DNA from: Chrysomallon squamiferum
Lineage: Eukaryota; Animalia; Mollusca
Direction: 5' to 3'
Assembly: GCA_012295275.1 (NCBI GenBank)
Contig: CM022671.1
Coordinates: forward strand, 15,810,001-15,874,000
Length of the DNA: 64,000 nt
In this document: positions 1-20,834 of the stretch, one piece after another
How positions within the stretch are numbered: position 1 is the stretch's first letter
Layout of the letters: each line of letters begins with the position of its first letter
The notes under the pieces: model-generated
The model's input: only the letters and a program-made list of their open reading frames with translations
What the model was told of the DNA's origin: nothing
Databases searched by the model: none
Position numbers and translations under genes: made by a program

Positions 1-179
1 ATTTAGCTTAAACTGAGACTTTGATACCTGTCTGCACGATATAGTATCATGCTGGCGCGCATTTCGAGTTAATATTATTATAAGAATATTATAAAGACAA
101 ACTTGTATGTTCAAATCTCGTCTGAAAAATGCACACTAATTCATAACCGCAATCAAAATTTTCATTGCAAACCTCTCAA

Positions 180-194
180 CACACACCCACACAC

Positions 195-232
<38 letters not shown>
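180..232. repeat. (CA)n/(CT)n microsatellite
   Basis: Directly visible. Confidence 0.95.
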
Positions 233-236
<4 letters not shown>

Positions 237-503
237 GTCACAGACAAAATAAATACTATCATGCGTTATGTGATAGAAAAGGGGTGGGAAAAAATATGAC
301 TAACTTCTTCCCTTTTAGCATGACATTTTGGCCTCCTAGGTCATGAACCTGACTTAATCAAACAGACTGCGAAAATAAAGACCGTCCATGCGCCTTTCAC
401 GTGAGATACCTAAGTTATATCACAAAACACTGGTCACTGCCGTATATTATTCACATCAGTGATAATACGAGAGTGATTTCACAAGCAATTTTTTTGTAGC
501 ATA

Positions 504-591
504 ATGAATATTACCTGCGTTAGAAATCTCTCCAGTGGTGAGACGGAAACCTTATACACCACTTACGAAGTATCACACAATGTTACGTACG
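504..591 (+). CDS. HDHD5: Candidate alternative first coding exon of HDHD5 (MNITCVRNLSSGETETLYTTYEVSHNVTY)
   Basis: ATG at 504, open for 88 nt, ending at a GTAGG donor (592) in phase 1, the phase needed by the exon at 2406. Lies in a CpG-containing promoter-like region. Confidence 0.5.
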
Positions 592-1127
592 GTAGGATTA
601 TTTTCTTTTTATTAATTTGATTATTATCTTTTAATTACGTTATTATTATTATAATTTGCTAGACGGTTTTGAATTTGCACCACCGTTCGTTTTTTTGTTT
701 TATTTCTTTTAAGCTATTTTTTTTTTCAGCTTGGTTGAAATATTTAATTACATATCTGTGTATTGATGGGGATGTGCATTAATTAATGTCATCGGATGAA
801 TAATTACAGTTAGTAATTAATTTTAAAAATGTTTTAATTATTGTAATGTATGCATAATCGACGTCGTGTACATTGTCGGGCATGTAATGAGGCAATGCAG
901 ATATTGTATAGAAATAAAATGCTTGCTTAGTGTGTGTGGTTGGGTTTCTTTTTATTGTTATTACTATTCTTTGTTTTTACGTGAAAAAAATAATATCGGG
1001 TTATCTATGTCTGACTGTATTCACAGCAGCGGCCCCAAAATTATGATTAACTTTAGTTTATTTCTGTTCTTTGCGTGGATTCGCATAACATTGTTTTAAC
1101 ATTACAAGCCATTCATGGCAAACTAAA

Positions 1128-1161
<34 letters not shown>

Positions 1162-1671
1162 TTTTATTAAAAGAAGATTTCAAATACTCTAATATAAAAT
1201 AATTATGAAATATTTTCAGAATATATAATCCTGATAATTAAAAACCTCATTAAAGTACAACTTGTGTCCTTTTAATTCTTAATTAATTTGTCGTGTTTTT
1301 GAATTCCGCCCGACGACGGTTTATAAAATACGTTTGGCGTCTGATGCTTTTATAATTTATTTTAAAATAATGTTAATTAATGTTACAAGGGCAAATAAAA
1401 AAAAATTCAAAAGATAATAATAATAACAAATGTGTTGCATTGGTAATTTTAAACTATATGTTTTATTTGATAAATAAAATCGTTCATCATTTTACTGCAT
1501 TACTGAAAAAAAAAAAAAAAAAAAAAAAAATATGGATTTATATGTTAATTAAAATAATTTAAATGTTTTTCTCTTTTTTAACTGCTTGTAAACATCGTTG
1601 TTACTACAATAAAAAAAAATAAAAAAAGCAAGAAAAAATATTATCGTGGAATTTGCAGACGTTTGCAAGCT

Positions 1672-1673
<2 letters not shown>

Positions 1674-1709
<36 letters not shown>
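1674..1709. repeat. (AAT)n microsatellite; similar (ATT)n tracts at 1128-1160 and 46973-47009
   Basis: Directly visible. Confidence 0.95.
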
Positions 1710-1710
<1 letters not shown>

Positions 1711-1919
1711 TGCGTCGTTATAATGAAATATGCAGATGTTTTCAATTAGGAGTCGTCTTTATGAAACACGACATTTAGGGTTTTCAAAAAGAAGATTCAT
1801 CTAAAGATTTGAATGAGTTCGTCATTTCTGTAGCATCATTCTAAAACTGCATTGTGATATTTTGTATCACAGACATGGGAAAACGAGGCCGTTCACCGAC
1901 TTTGAGGAATTGCTGTAGT

Positions 1920-2060
1920 TTTGCACGTGATATCAAAAAGATCATGATAAAGTTGACCCCGATTTGAGCCAATGGCTGCAAACGCGTAACTGCTAATGGA
2001 TGTAAACAAAATGCAAGGAAGTATAAAAAGTCGCTTTGTCGTTACTAAACCAGAAATTCG
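1920..2060 (+). promoter_or_regulatory. Proximal HDHD5 promoter with TATA box, E-box and FOX site
   Basis: TATAAAA at 2022-2028, about 100 nt upstream of ATG 2126; CACGTG 1924-1929; TGTAAACA 2001-2008. Confidence 0.5.
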
Positions 2061-2125
2061 CTTAAAATTAATTTCACTAAGACGTTTACGAAAGCTGAAA
2101 CAAATAATTTTACTACTCGTTCAAC

Positions 2126-2321
2126 ATGAGAATAATACATAGCCCTGTAAAGGATGACGGATATTCAACTGGTAAGTTCAAACTCCGCTCGTGCATTGTT
2201 ATGTATACAAATATATGTATTTCCTTTTTATTAAAAAAAAAAAAAAAAAAAAAAAAAATGAATAAAATTTAAAAATGAAGAAAATGAAATGGAAAAATAG
2301 AACTGTGAGGAACTGCAAATG

Positions 2322-2352
<31 letters not shown>

Positions 2353-5300
2353 ATTATTATTATTAGTATTATTATTAATAATAATTTCGTTGTTTTTGTT
2401 TTTAGATGGCTCCGATGTATCTACAGACATCGAAAATAGCAATTCTCAGGTAAGTTTGAATTTTTAAAATCCATAATATTCGTCGAAAATAAATGAAAGT
2501 TGATGCGTACATTTAGCCATGTGCTTCTCAGCTGTTTGTGACGATTGTAAACAAATGTCACGTGATAGTTCAAGATCAGCGTTCGGCAGTAATAATATTT
2601 CATATTTTTGTTTACCACCTTGCGAAGTCGAGATACTGTGTTCAAAAATCATGTTAACCAAACATTTCCTGACTAAATTAATCATAAGAAATACACCACA
2701 TTTCCGATTAATTTCCGGATTAACTAGTAAGGTTGGCAAAACTGATAGATTAGCACTGTGCATTCTTGATCGAGTTTCAAGTAGGTTAAGCAGTATATTT
2801 TATTTTTTTTGCATCGACTTATTATAATAGCTAAATAATAAATATATGTTTGTGTTAAGATATATTACTGTTTGCATGTGCAGAATAAACAGTTATATAT
2901 TTATTTTATTCCTTTTTTTTTTTTAATTTTTTGTAGTTTGTTATCCGTTTTGAATCCCCCCCCAATCATTTAAAATAAAAGTTAATTGTTTCTCATTTGA
3001 ATTTTTTTTTTTTTTTTTCAATTAAACATTATACGATAATAAACAAAACCAAAAAAAAAAAGTGATAAATGATCTTTAATTATGGCATCTTGCCAGTCAG
3101 ATAAGATTAAGCATTTGAACAAATATATTATAATAGTTTTATATCGTGTATTGATGCAATGTGCTGCATAGTATTTAAAAAACTTTGCAATTACTTGCAA
3201 CCTTTCAACAAGGTATTATTTTTATTTTGCATTGTTAAAAGAAAAGCATTTTAAACAAACATGTTCTTAGAATATTTTATTTTTTATTTTCATTTCATTT
3301 TAATTTTTTAAATATATAAAATCAGTATTGTATTGCAAAAAGAACAAAAAGAAAGGGAAATCCATATGCTTACATATTTTTTAAAGGTGACAAAATTATA
3401 TAAAAATAAAACATTTAAGAATTCTGAATGGGAATGTAAGTCATTAGCAGATTAGCATTTACTTTTAGGTCCTTAAAAATAATTTGTGTTAATTAAACTG
3501 TGCAGATTTTATTGTTAAAATAAAAGTAACTATGACAGTATTTTCCATTGCTAAGATAAATAAAAGAACATGGTGTCATTTAATTTAAATGACTGCTTTA
3601 CTTTGCAGATTGTTTAACAGGCATTTTGGTAATATCATGTCACAAAAACAATATTACTAAAGAAATAATGTCTTAAAGTGTGCTGATTAAAATAAAATAA
3701 AATTATCAAAATATATTTCTGAACAATAAAATTATAAATAGAAATGGTAAGAGATGTAATAATAAATAGATCTGTTATTTAAATTGCAAGATGACTTTGT
3801 TAAAAATCTTATGATTAGGAAATACAACATTATCTCAGCATTTCTTTCTATATTTATTTCTTTATTATGTTATTGTTTTCTACCTAGAATCCTGAATTTG
3901 GTATCTTGTTTGATGTTGATGGAGTGTTGGCAAGGGGTAGCACACCACTAGAACCTGCTAAAAGAGCATTTGAAGCTCTGAAAGATCCACAAACAGGGCA
4001 GCTGAGAGTTCCCTGTGCCTTTGTCACCAATGCTTGCAATCGGGCTCATGAAAAAGCTGCACAGATTGGAAACTGGTTTAACCTAAAAGTAAGTTTTAGT
4101 CATCTTCATTCAAACAAAAAACAATTCCAACCATTCCTAGCCAAAAAATTAATTTTGAAGTGGTTGTTTTTCATTTTTAATATTTTTGAAAGATTTATTG
4201 ATATAATAGTTTTGGAAATTTTTGTTTGTAAAATGAATACATTTTAATGAATCAAATCTGATTAAAAACAATAACAATACTATATAAATTACTCTAAAAT
4301 GTCAACAGTTTATCAAAACTTATTAATTATTGAAACTAATATGTTCACTAATAAATACAATACTAATGTGATATGAATATTAAAATTGTTATTGGTACAG
4401 GTGACTCCAGAAATGGTAATTCATGCACCAACTCCAGCCAAACTGCTTTGTAACATCCATCACAAACACACACTGGTCATTGGTCAGGAACATATTCTAG
4501 AGATAGCAGAAGAGTATCCTTAAATAAAAATATTAATTTTTTGAAAATTTATATAAACACAAATATCATATGTAAAAGTAGAATTCTCAAAAAGAAGATT
4601 GACTGAATTATACAGGACATTGATCGATCAAATACAAATGCAAGAAAATCTGGTGATGAGAAATTACAATTAAATCTGTGCATGTCCAAAATATTTAAAT
4701 ACGTGTTTCATAAAAATGTTTTATTTATTTATATTTTTTATGTATCATTATAAAAAATTTGCCCATTATAACCATATTGGTAGGATTTAGTTTACAAAAT
4801 TTATAAAATATGTAAAAATTGGGTAAACTTGATCAGTATTTTTGTTTTCTTAAAATTGCAGATCATAAATATTTCTTTATCATCAATTTTGGGGTTACTT
4901 TCTTTTTATTCATTTATTATTATTATTATTATTTTTAAATTTAGTATTTTATCCTTAACTTCTCAAGTCTTGGTTTTACAAATCTGTGTACTTTGGATGA
5001 TGTAAACAAGGCCTACCCATTGCTTGACATGGTTGATCATGAAAACAGAAAAACTGTGGTTAGTATGAAAATCATATTTCTTTTTTACTTCTTTATACTG
5101 ATAAGAACTGATTCTGTAAAGTTAATTTTTACCAGAAAAAACACCTGCAGTTTTCAGTATTATATTACATCTGTTCTATTTTTCATAATTGTTTTAAATC
5201 ATTTGTCTTAATTTTCATGTTTTACATTATGTGGTTAGCTATAATTATTTCTGTTTGAATTTTTCAGGCCAAAAGTTATACAGAGAATACAGATTTCCCA

Positions 5301-7517
5301 CCTATTGAAGGTAACTTGTTTTTACTTTATTAAATTATTAAAACTCCATCTGTGTGTGGTATACATATATATAAAACAGTAGAAAAGATACATATGACTC
5401 TTGTGAAATGTTAAAAATATATTTTTTAACAAATTTTACTTCATTCATTACAGCCATATTACTGTTGGGAGAACCAGTAAGGTGGGAGTCAAATCTGCAG
5501 ATTATGCTAGATCTCTTGCTGACAGAAGGAAAACCTGTGAAAGCCCCTGAAGACATAACAACTATTAAACAGCTACCTATTATTGCATGCAACATGGACT
5601 TGCAGTTCATGGCAGAGGCCTGCATGCCAAGGTAAATTTTTCAATGAAATTACAGATGTTTGTGAAAGAGGAAAAAAAACTGTAACATTAACAAATTTAA
5701 ATTAATATGACAATAATTGTTAAATTGGTTTCCAATGATAAAGTGAATCAAATACTTTTAGATTTTATTTAAAAATATGACATAAGAATGTATCATCTTT
5801 AAACATAATTTAACGCAGATCTTTTGTGTGAGAGAATTAATATATATTTTACACTATTGGTTAACAGAGACAATTTCAACTCGCAGGACAAATATTCTTA
5901 ACAGTTACTGAATTAATAATCTCCAGAATATATATTAAATTCGAAAATTAGTTTTCTAATTGTCACTGCAGTAGTAAATACTATATTGTTAAACTTATTA
6001 ATCTTCTTTCATTTCCAGATTGGCTCATGGTGCTTTCCTTTTATGTTTAGAAGCATTGTACAAGGTAAAACAAAATCCAAAAATCTTGCTTATATGTTAT
6101 TTGTATAAATCTTTCTGTATTATTTACGAAATACTGGTGCTTATTCTTGATCAGACCACTTTATAATGAATGAAGTTGTTTTTTTTTAAATTAAAAAAAA
6201 AGCTTCATGCCCCTGTAAGAGAAATCCTCTTTTTTAAATTTAAATTAATGTAATTTTTGTCATTTATTTTAATATTTTTGAAATCTTTTTCTTGCTTTTG
6301 CATGACTGAGCAGTTAAATTCAAGTATTAGATTAAAGGGAGAAAATTCTGTCAGATTTACTTCTCTTTTTAATTCCCATGGGTTCTATTAAGTGGACATA
6401 TTTATCATTTAGTTCTTAAATATGGATTTTAGGATGCTTATTTTTTTATTATTATTTTTTTTTTACTTCTGTTTGTTGAACTAGTAATATTTTTCAAAGC
6501 TATAAATAGTATTTTTATTATTTAAATTTTCAGAAAGTCACTGGTAGAGAACTTGAATATACAAACCTCATAGGCAAACCCTGTGAACTGACGTTTCGAT
6601 TTGCTGAGCACACAGTGTGTAAACTGGCCCATGACATGGGTTATCTGAAACCAATTAAAAGACTATATTTTGTTGGGTAAGAGAAAATGATTTACTGCAA
6701 GATTATATATGGATACACTACTAGAAATCGTACTTGATCTGTTATCTTAGATGCAACTTGCCTTATTTTGCCATTCCAGACATTTAGTGTATCAAATATT
6801 CTGTAATATGTTATAAATTTGGACAAGTGATTATGTGGCAAAACAATTTTTTCATTTTGGGTAACTTGAATTTGATAGAAGAATTACATTATTCAAAAAT
6901 TATAACATATTTACTTACAATTCAAAATGCCAATAATAGATGAATAGTGCATTTAACGTAACTTAATACAAACTGTCAAAAGGGGGAAATTAAATAATTG
7001 TACTAAAGCAGTGTACATTAATTTGTTTATTTATGGGTGGGGTTTTTCAGAACTTTTTTTAGAATACTAATTTACATTATATATATCTATATAATATTTT
7101 ATTATATTTTCACAGTAATATATATGATATTACAATTAATTTTACAGTGATAATCCTAATGTGGACATATATGGTGCAAATCTCTACAATCGTTACCTTC
7201 AAAACATCTGGGACAACCATCGCAATGGAAACCCCGAATCATGTGAACTTCCAAAGTCACGAAAGATTCCTGACCACCCTGATCTTCAGCAGCAGACGGT
7301 GGAGGAATGCCATGCACTACTGGTTGGGACGGGAGTGTACCAGCATACAGAGGAGAGTGAGAAGAGCAGTACTGTGAATGACAATGACAGTATTATTTAT
7401 CATGGCCACCGAGACATCGATCACGAGCCCAACCTGTCCAAACCTCACAGATTTGTGGTCGATGTTGATTATGCTGTCAAACATATCCTGGAAAAAGAAA
7501 ACTTTACAGTCAGTTGA
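2126..7517 (+). CDS. HDHD5: HAD-like hydrolase domain-containing protein 5 (CECR5), ~424 aa, 10 coding exons
   Basis: Exons 2126-2171, 2406-2449, 3888-4088, 4401-4513, 4968-5058, 5268-5310, 5454-5631, 6019-6064, 6534-6676, 7148-7517; phases consistent (1275 nt). HAD motif I FGILFDVDGVL, motif II FVTNAC, motif III IGKP, motif IV VGDNPNVDIYGAN, plus CECR5-typical GEPVRWE and ACNMDLQFMAEACMPRLAHGAF. Confidence 0.92.
4514..4967 (+). other. U12-type (minor spliceosome) GT-AG intron in HDHD5
   Basis: Donor GTATCCTT at 4514, branch site TCCTTAAC at 4952-4959 and AG at 4966-4967. Splicing restores the frame EIAE-D-LGFTNL. Confidence 0.92.
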
Positions 7518-8998
7518 ATGAACTTGGATCTGAATATCCATGGATTTCTGGATCAGCAAAGAAGAACTTTTATAAATAAGCTGATAGTAGTATATTTTTA
7601 AAAAAAAATGTATAATATGAAAAGAAAAATAAGATCCAATTATGTGTGAGAAACAGACATGTTTCATATTGTGAATATGATGATGGTGTTGATGAAAAAC
7701 TATTGTTGATATAATCAACTTTGTAAACTGTGATATAATTCAGAAAATGAAATATTTATAATAATGTGTATATGATGATCTGATGAAATATATATATATT
7801 TATTCATAAGAGATAGATGAAAATAGGTCCAAAAACTAACTGCATTCCAATTGCTACTAAAAATGCTGTTAAGCTTGATCTTAATTGAGGGTAATTTTGA
7901 CAAAAATGAAATATTTTATTTTGATTCTTTTTTTTTAGCTGCTGGAATTAAAATGTGTGTTGGAGAATTTAGTTTTAAGGATCTCATTGAGTCTAGCATG
8001 TATAAATAGATTGGTATATGGTTTGTTACACAAGATAAAAATTCTACTTAAAGTTTAAATAAAGGCACTCCAAATTATTTTCATATGTTGTTTTTTTTTT
8101 TCAATTAAGATTAATATTATTTATGCTAAAAAAGTAAATAAACATTTTCAAGAAGTTCAACTTGTAGGAAGATGAAAATCATGTAAGTGTCTACATGCTT
8201 GCATCATGCTTAAACATCATGTATCTTTCAAATGTTTTCTATTACTTTAGGTGTGTTTTTGTGCGTGCGTGTATGTGTGTGTGTATGTGTGTGTGTGTAG
8301 AAATACAAGTGTTAAAAAAACTAGAAAATATCAAACGAATGATTGATATGTTGTTTGTTAAAGTTCGCTTTAGATAATGGGAAAAAAACCCACCAATGAA
8401 CAGTGCAGTCAGATAAAATATTCAAAATATCTGAGACAACCATTACAACAAAAACTAATAAATCATGTGAACACCCTGATCTCTAGCATGCACTATATAT
8501 ATATATATATATATACACACACATACTTAACATGTTAGTAATTAAAAAAAAAAGATCTGGTTAGTTCTTCATTTGTATCATCATCATTATTATTATTATT
8601 TTTTATACTAAGCTGATATCTGTTCATAAAGACAAGCTTAACCAGATATTTAAAAAATACTGAATTATGGAACAGGACAGGATGTTTTTGTTGAAGATAT
8701 GGAACTTTTTTTTTTCTTTTTTTATTATTAAATAATTAGGTCCATGATGTACAAAAATATGTTTTCTGTTAATAATTTTAATTATTTATTTGTAATTAAT
8801 TTAAGCTATTATATTTAACGTCTGATTTCACTTTTCTAAACGTCGTTTCATATTTTTATGTTTTTGCTATTTTACATGATATTAAACTCAGTTTGCAATA
8901 ATCCAGGACTGACTGTACTAATGAACATGCGCAAAGCAATATCCGGTATTTGAAAAGGGGGGAAAAAAATAAAATAAAATAGAGTAATAATAATCATC

Positions 8999-16429
<7,431 letters not shown>

Positions 16430-17397
16430 ACTTTGTCAACACTGCGTGTGATCAAAATGTTTGTGCCTTTGTTTTGGTTTTAACATTTTTTTTCCAAAGA
16501 CCACTGATGCACTTCAACCTTTTTTTTTGGTGTTTTTTTTTTTTTTTTGAGCATGAAGTGCTATATATAAAACTAAACAAATGGTTCAGGTTTTAACTAA
16601 AATGAAGTGGTTCCCATTATGTACAGCTAATAAAGTATATGCTTTTTAAAATGTACAGTTTTGTCTGATATCTTTAGATATATTTTTAGCAACAGAATGA
16701 CATTGCTCTATGATTTCCTATGTATTCTTCATTACATTTGTGTCCACCAAAAATAGTTATGTTATGTTTTGTTTTTTTTAGTTTTTTCCATTTCCATGTT
16801 ACTGAAGTTTTTAATTTGTTCTGCAGATATTCCAGTTTTGTTTTATATGTTGACTTTTCGAGAAGTTAAATTTCAAAAAATCTTTGTTTTGGTATCCTTT
16901 GAATCTCATTTAGTGAAATTATTTTTGCATCAGTTATTTGATCCAAAATACCTTCCTGGTTACAGACAGTTTTTTTTTTTTTTTTTGGCACACTGTTTTG
17001 TGATTTCAGACAAAATGATCACATTTATAAGAAAAATGTCTTTGGAAATACATATTTGACAGTAAAAATTTATAAGATGTACAATTATAATTGTTTGTAT
17101 TTATTAACTTGCTCTGCAGACTGATATATTACATCTTTCTTATTACTATTATTATTATTTCATTATGAGTTTTTAAAAATATTAATTTATTTCAAAACTA
17201 TTTAATTGAGTTTCATGTGAGATATGTATTCACATTATTTCACTGTGCATTTGGAAAAATCAACAAAAAAACACATTAATATTCATGAGACATTGTGTCC
17301 ATGTTATACCTAAAGCCGAACATCAGATACTTTCATAAATTAATAATATATGTTACGTTTTCACCATTTTGTAATGTCTATATAATATGTATGTATC

Positions 17398-17403
17398 AAT
17401 AAA
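17398..17403 (+). other. Candidate polyadenylation signal of LEMD3
   Basis: AATAAA about 970 nt after the stop, with a T/GT-rich tract downstream. The motif is common in AT-rich DNA. Confidence 0.4.
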
Positions 17404-20400
17404 GTCACCTAGTTTTATAAAAACTTGTCCATTAATTTTTCTCTGTTGTTATTTCTTATACTATTTGATAAACCGTTAACAAATTTGACAAACCAAGCGA
17501 TGGTCATTTTATTGATCTTATGCCCCAGGGTGACTTGCAGGTAATTACAGGGTTCTTTGGAATGTCTGGATAGCCTGTATAGTATGGAAGGTATGTAGAA
17601 TATTCAATCAGATTTGCATTTTCAATTTTAGTTTTTTATTTGGTTGCAGAAGTATTAAAAAAAAAAAAAAAAAAAAGATTTTTTAAATTGTGTAATAAAA
17701 GTTATTCCATATTTCAGTTAAGAGTGAAACAACTTAATTAATAGCATCAAATTATTTTTGTAAAATATACAGACAGAATAATAATGTATAATAAATGTAA
17801 AATTACTTAATTATAATCATTTTTGTGATTTTTTTCAGTTGAATAAAGGATTAAGGATTGAAGTATGTTAATTCTAAAATGTAACTATTACAGCACAGAA
17901 ATGTATTGAAGAACTTATGCCTTGAATAAATTCAATGACATGTATATGACATCACACTGTACAACAATTAAAGTTTAATGTTAGATTTAGTTTTTTGTAG
18001 ACACAATGACAGACAACATAAATTAATTGTGATACACTATCTTTAAATATTCTTTAAAAAAAAAAAAAAAAAATTTTTACATTTTATATCTTGTTTATTT
18101 CTTTATGTTGTCTTTAAACCAGTATTGCATTTTTAGTAATTATATATATAATTGGTTTTTTTTATATAAATTGGATTTTTTGTTCTTTTCTGTGGTTATT
18201 TCCCACTTAAGAGAAATATTAATGTTTATACATTTAATTAATAGTGCTACTTTTTATGGATTAGGGCTAGGTAACTGGTATGATTAAATAAAAACATGGA
18301 TACAACTTGATAGCATTTGTTTGACAAGAAATTATATACTTTTTTAAACTTTAAATTATAATTTATTTTTTTTTATAATTTATTTTTTGCACATTAATGT
18401 TCTATATTATGAAGAATTAATATTTAAATGCACAACTGTTAGAGAACATATATTTCAAAAAAAAAAACTACTTTAATTAAATGCCTTGAAGTAAAACAAA
18501 ATGTATTGGCATGTCTTAGTTTTTTTCTACAGAGCTGTGTTTAATGGATATTTTTATTTTATCATTTGCTGTTTATAATTAATAAACTTTAAAGACAAGT
18601 TATCTGGAGAGAGGATTTTTTTAACAAGATTCTGTTACAACTTGATGTAAGTTGAAGGTTTCTAATAATTCTTAGTTTAATTACATTATTCGTTTGTAAA
18701 ATAGTTTTGAACAGATTTTATAGATGTCAATTTTGAATTGCATTATTGTTCTTTTCTTTATTCACATAGAAAAAAACCTGTTGAAAATGGCAGTCCCTGG
18801 TGGCATTGGAATTTGTAAAATAGTTTCAGACATAATGTAATCTGTAAATAAAAAAATTCACTGAGAATTCAGCAGTGAAAAATATATGCTTAATAAAATG
18901 AGAAGATTAACACCAGTATTTATTTATTTTTTATTTTTTGGTTAATTTATCAGCTATACCAAATACAAGTCAAGGAATATTATACCATTTTGTGGGTTTT
19001 AAAATAATAATAATTGTGATAGATTTTTAAAATATAAATATCTTGTGGCACAAACAAATTTCAGACTAACAATGAATTAGCTGTGTGTACTTGTCTTTTA
19101 AAAACCAACAAAATTAACAGAAATATTTATAACAATATTAATCTGCTGCATTATTAAACTTCAGTTTTAAAATAAATTATGGCAATCATAATGACATACA
19201 CAGTTGGATCTGAATAATTTTATAGTTTTATAAATGTACAGGTAATGAACTAATCCTTATCCTATCAATTTAAATATCACTGCTAGTTGCAAATGCTAAA
19301 AGGGCCAATCTAGTTTTTCCATTAATTCTTCATTGATATTGTTAACAAAGATTGCCATTAAATGCAAGACAGTAAATTGGAAATCTACAAAATCAGTTTG
19401 GTCCTGTATTTATAATACTAAATGTACAATGTCTAAAATGTCACATTAATAATGAGCTTGATGTATTGGGCACTGTTTATTTGTTTTAAATTCTGCAACA
19501 TGTATTCATGTAGTGTTGACCAGTTCTGTTGGTCTATAATCCTTTTTATCAAGTCCAAATCAAGATACCCTGCATACAGCTCAGTAAACCCCAACAGCTA
19601 TTAAGAAATGATGAACTATAACTCAAGTGATTTTAAAATGTACAACAAATGTTTTATTACAAACATTTTATCACATACATGTATTAGCAAAATTACTACA
19701 TGTAAAAAAACCACAAGATTTTAAGTATCAAAGAAAATGGAGATAAAAATATATTGATGATGCAGAATCTTTAATTTTATAAATGTTTTCACATAAAGTG
19801 GGTATTTAAAAACAAAAAAGAAGAATAAATAAATCATTTTGATATGAATGCAGATATAGTAAGTTACTAATGTGGTCAAAGAAACCAAGTAAAAATACTG
19901 AATGTAATTTCAGAATTATTAAATGAAAGGTTTTGTGCATATTCAAACAATATTCATAATGTATAGTGCGTGCTATGCATATAAATAAATATTTTTAAAA
20001 AATCAACTACCTTAACAACTTGATAAGTTTAAGCACTAGACCACAGTATCAGACTGTCTTCTTCTCAAACTAAAAACAGGACTATACTAGTTACCAACTT
20101 GACCATAGATCTTTTCCATTAAATTAATTTTAATCATTTTAATTTTTAATTTGCTGTGTAAGTTATTTTTTTAAAATTTTAAAACTGATAGTAAATTAAA
20201 AAGCTAATATGAAATAAAATGCAATACATCAGTATCCCACATGTAACATATATATATATATTTTTTTTTTTAGTGTACTGAATTTACTGTATAATAAACT
20301 TCAAGACTGCCTATAGCTCGGAGACTGACTGGTCACTCTGACAGCGTCGGTCCTCCTTGGTGTGTTCAGGGGGGCAATGTCCTCTTCCAGACAAGACCCT

Positions 20401-20834
20401 ATCACTGACTGAAGTTCTTGGTGTGTGTTTGACTGCAGGGAAATACATATTAAAAATTCTTGTTGCCAACTGAAAGAATAGTCCCCATAGTTGCAGCAGT
20501 GCATTATATTTTGTAACAAAACATACTGAAAGAAATGTAAAAACAATCACTTCACCTGATCCTAATAAACATTAATAAAATGTTTTAAAGTGCCATTAAA
20601 TAATTATTTAATTCCAAACAATAATATGTAATTTTTTTTTTCTCAAAAGCATGGAATCAAGCTTGGCTTGTTGGAAATTGCTACTGATAAATATGTTGGT
20701 GTCGTGGAAACTGCCATCTAAATAAATCTAGCTAACAAACTGTTTTAGAAGATCTATTGGTACTCAAATACCTACACACATCTTATCTAACTGAAAAACT
20801 GATACTGAAGTCTTAAAGTGTATTTTTTTTACTG

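Noticed and set aside
2421-2827. Overlapping ORFs on both strands in HDHD5 intron 2
   Set aside because: No recognisable domains; consistent with a CpG-containing regulatory region.
17500-17600. GC-richer patch with splice-like motifs between LEMD3 and PDHB
   Set aside because: No sustained ORF or partner exon; insufficient support for a feature.
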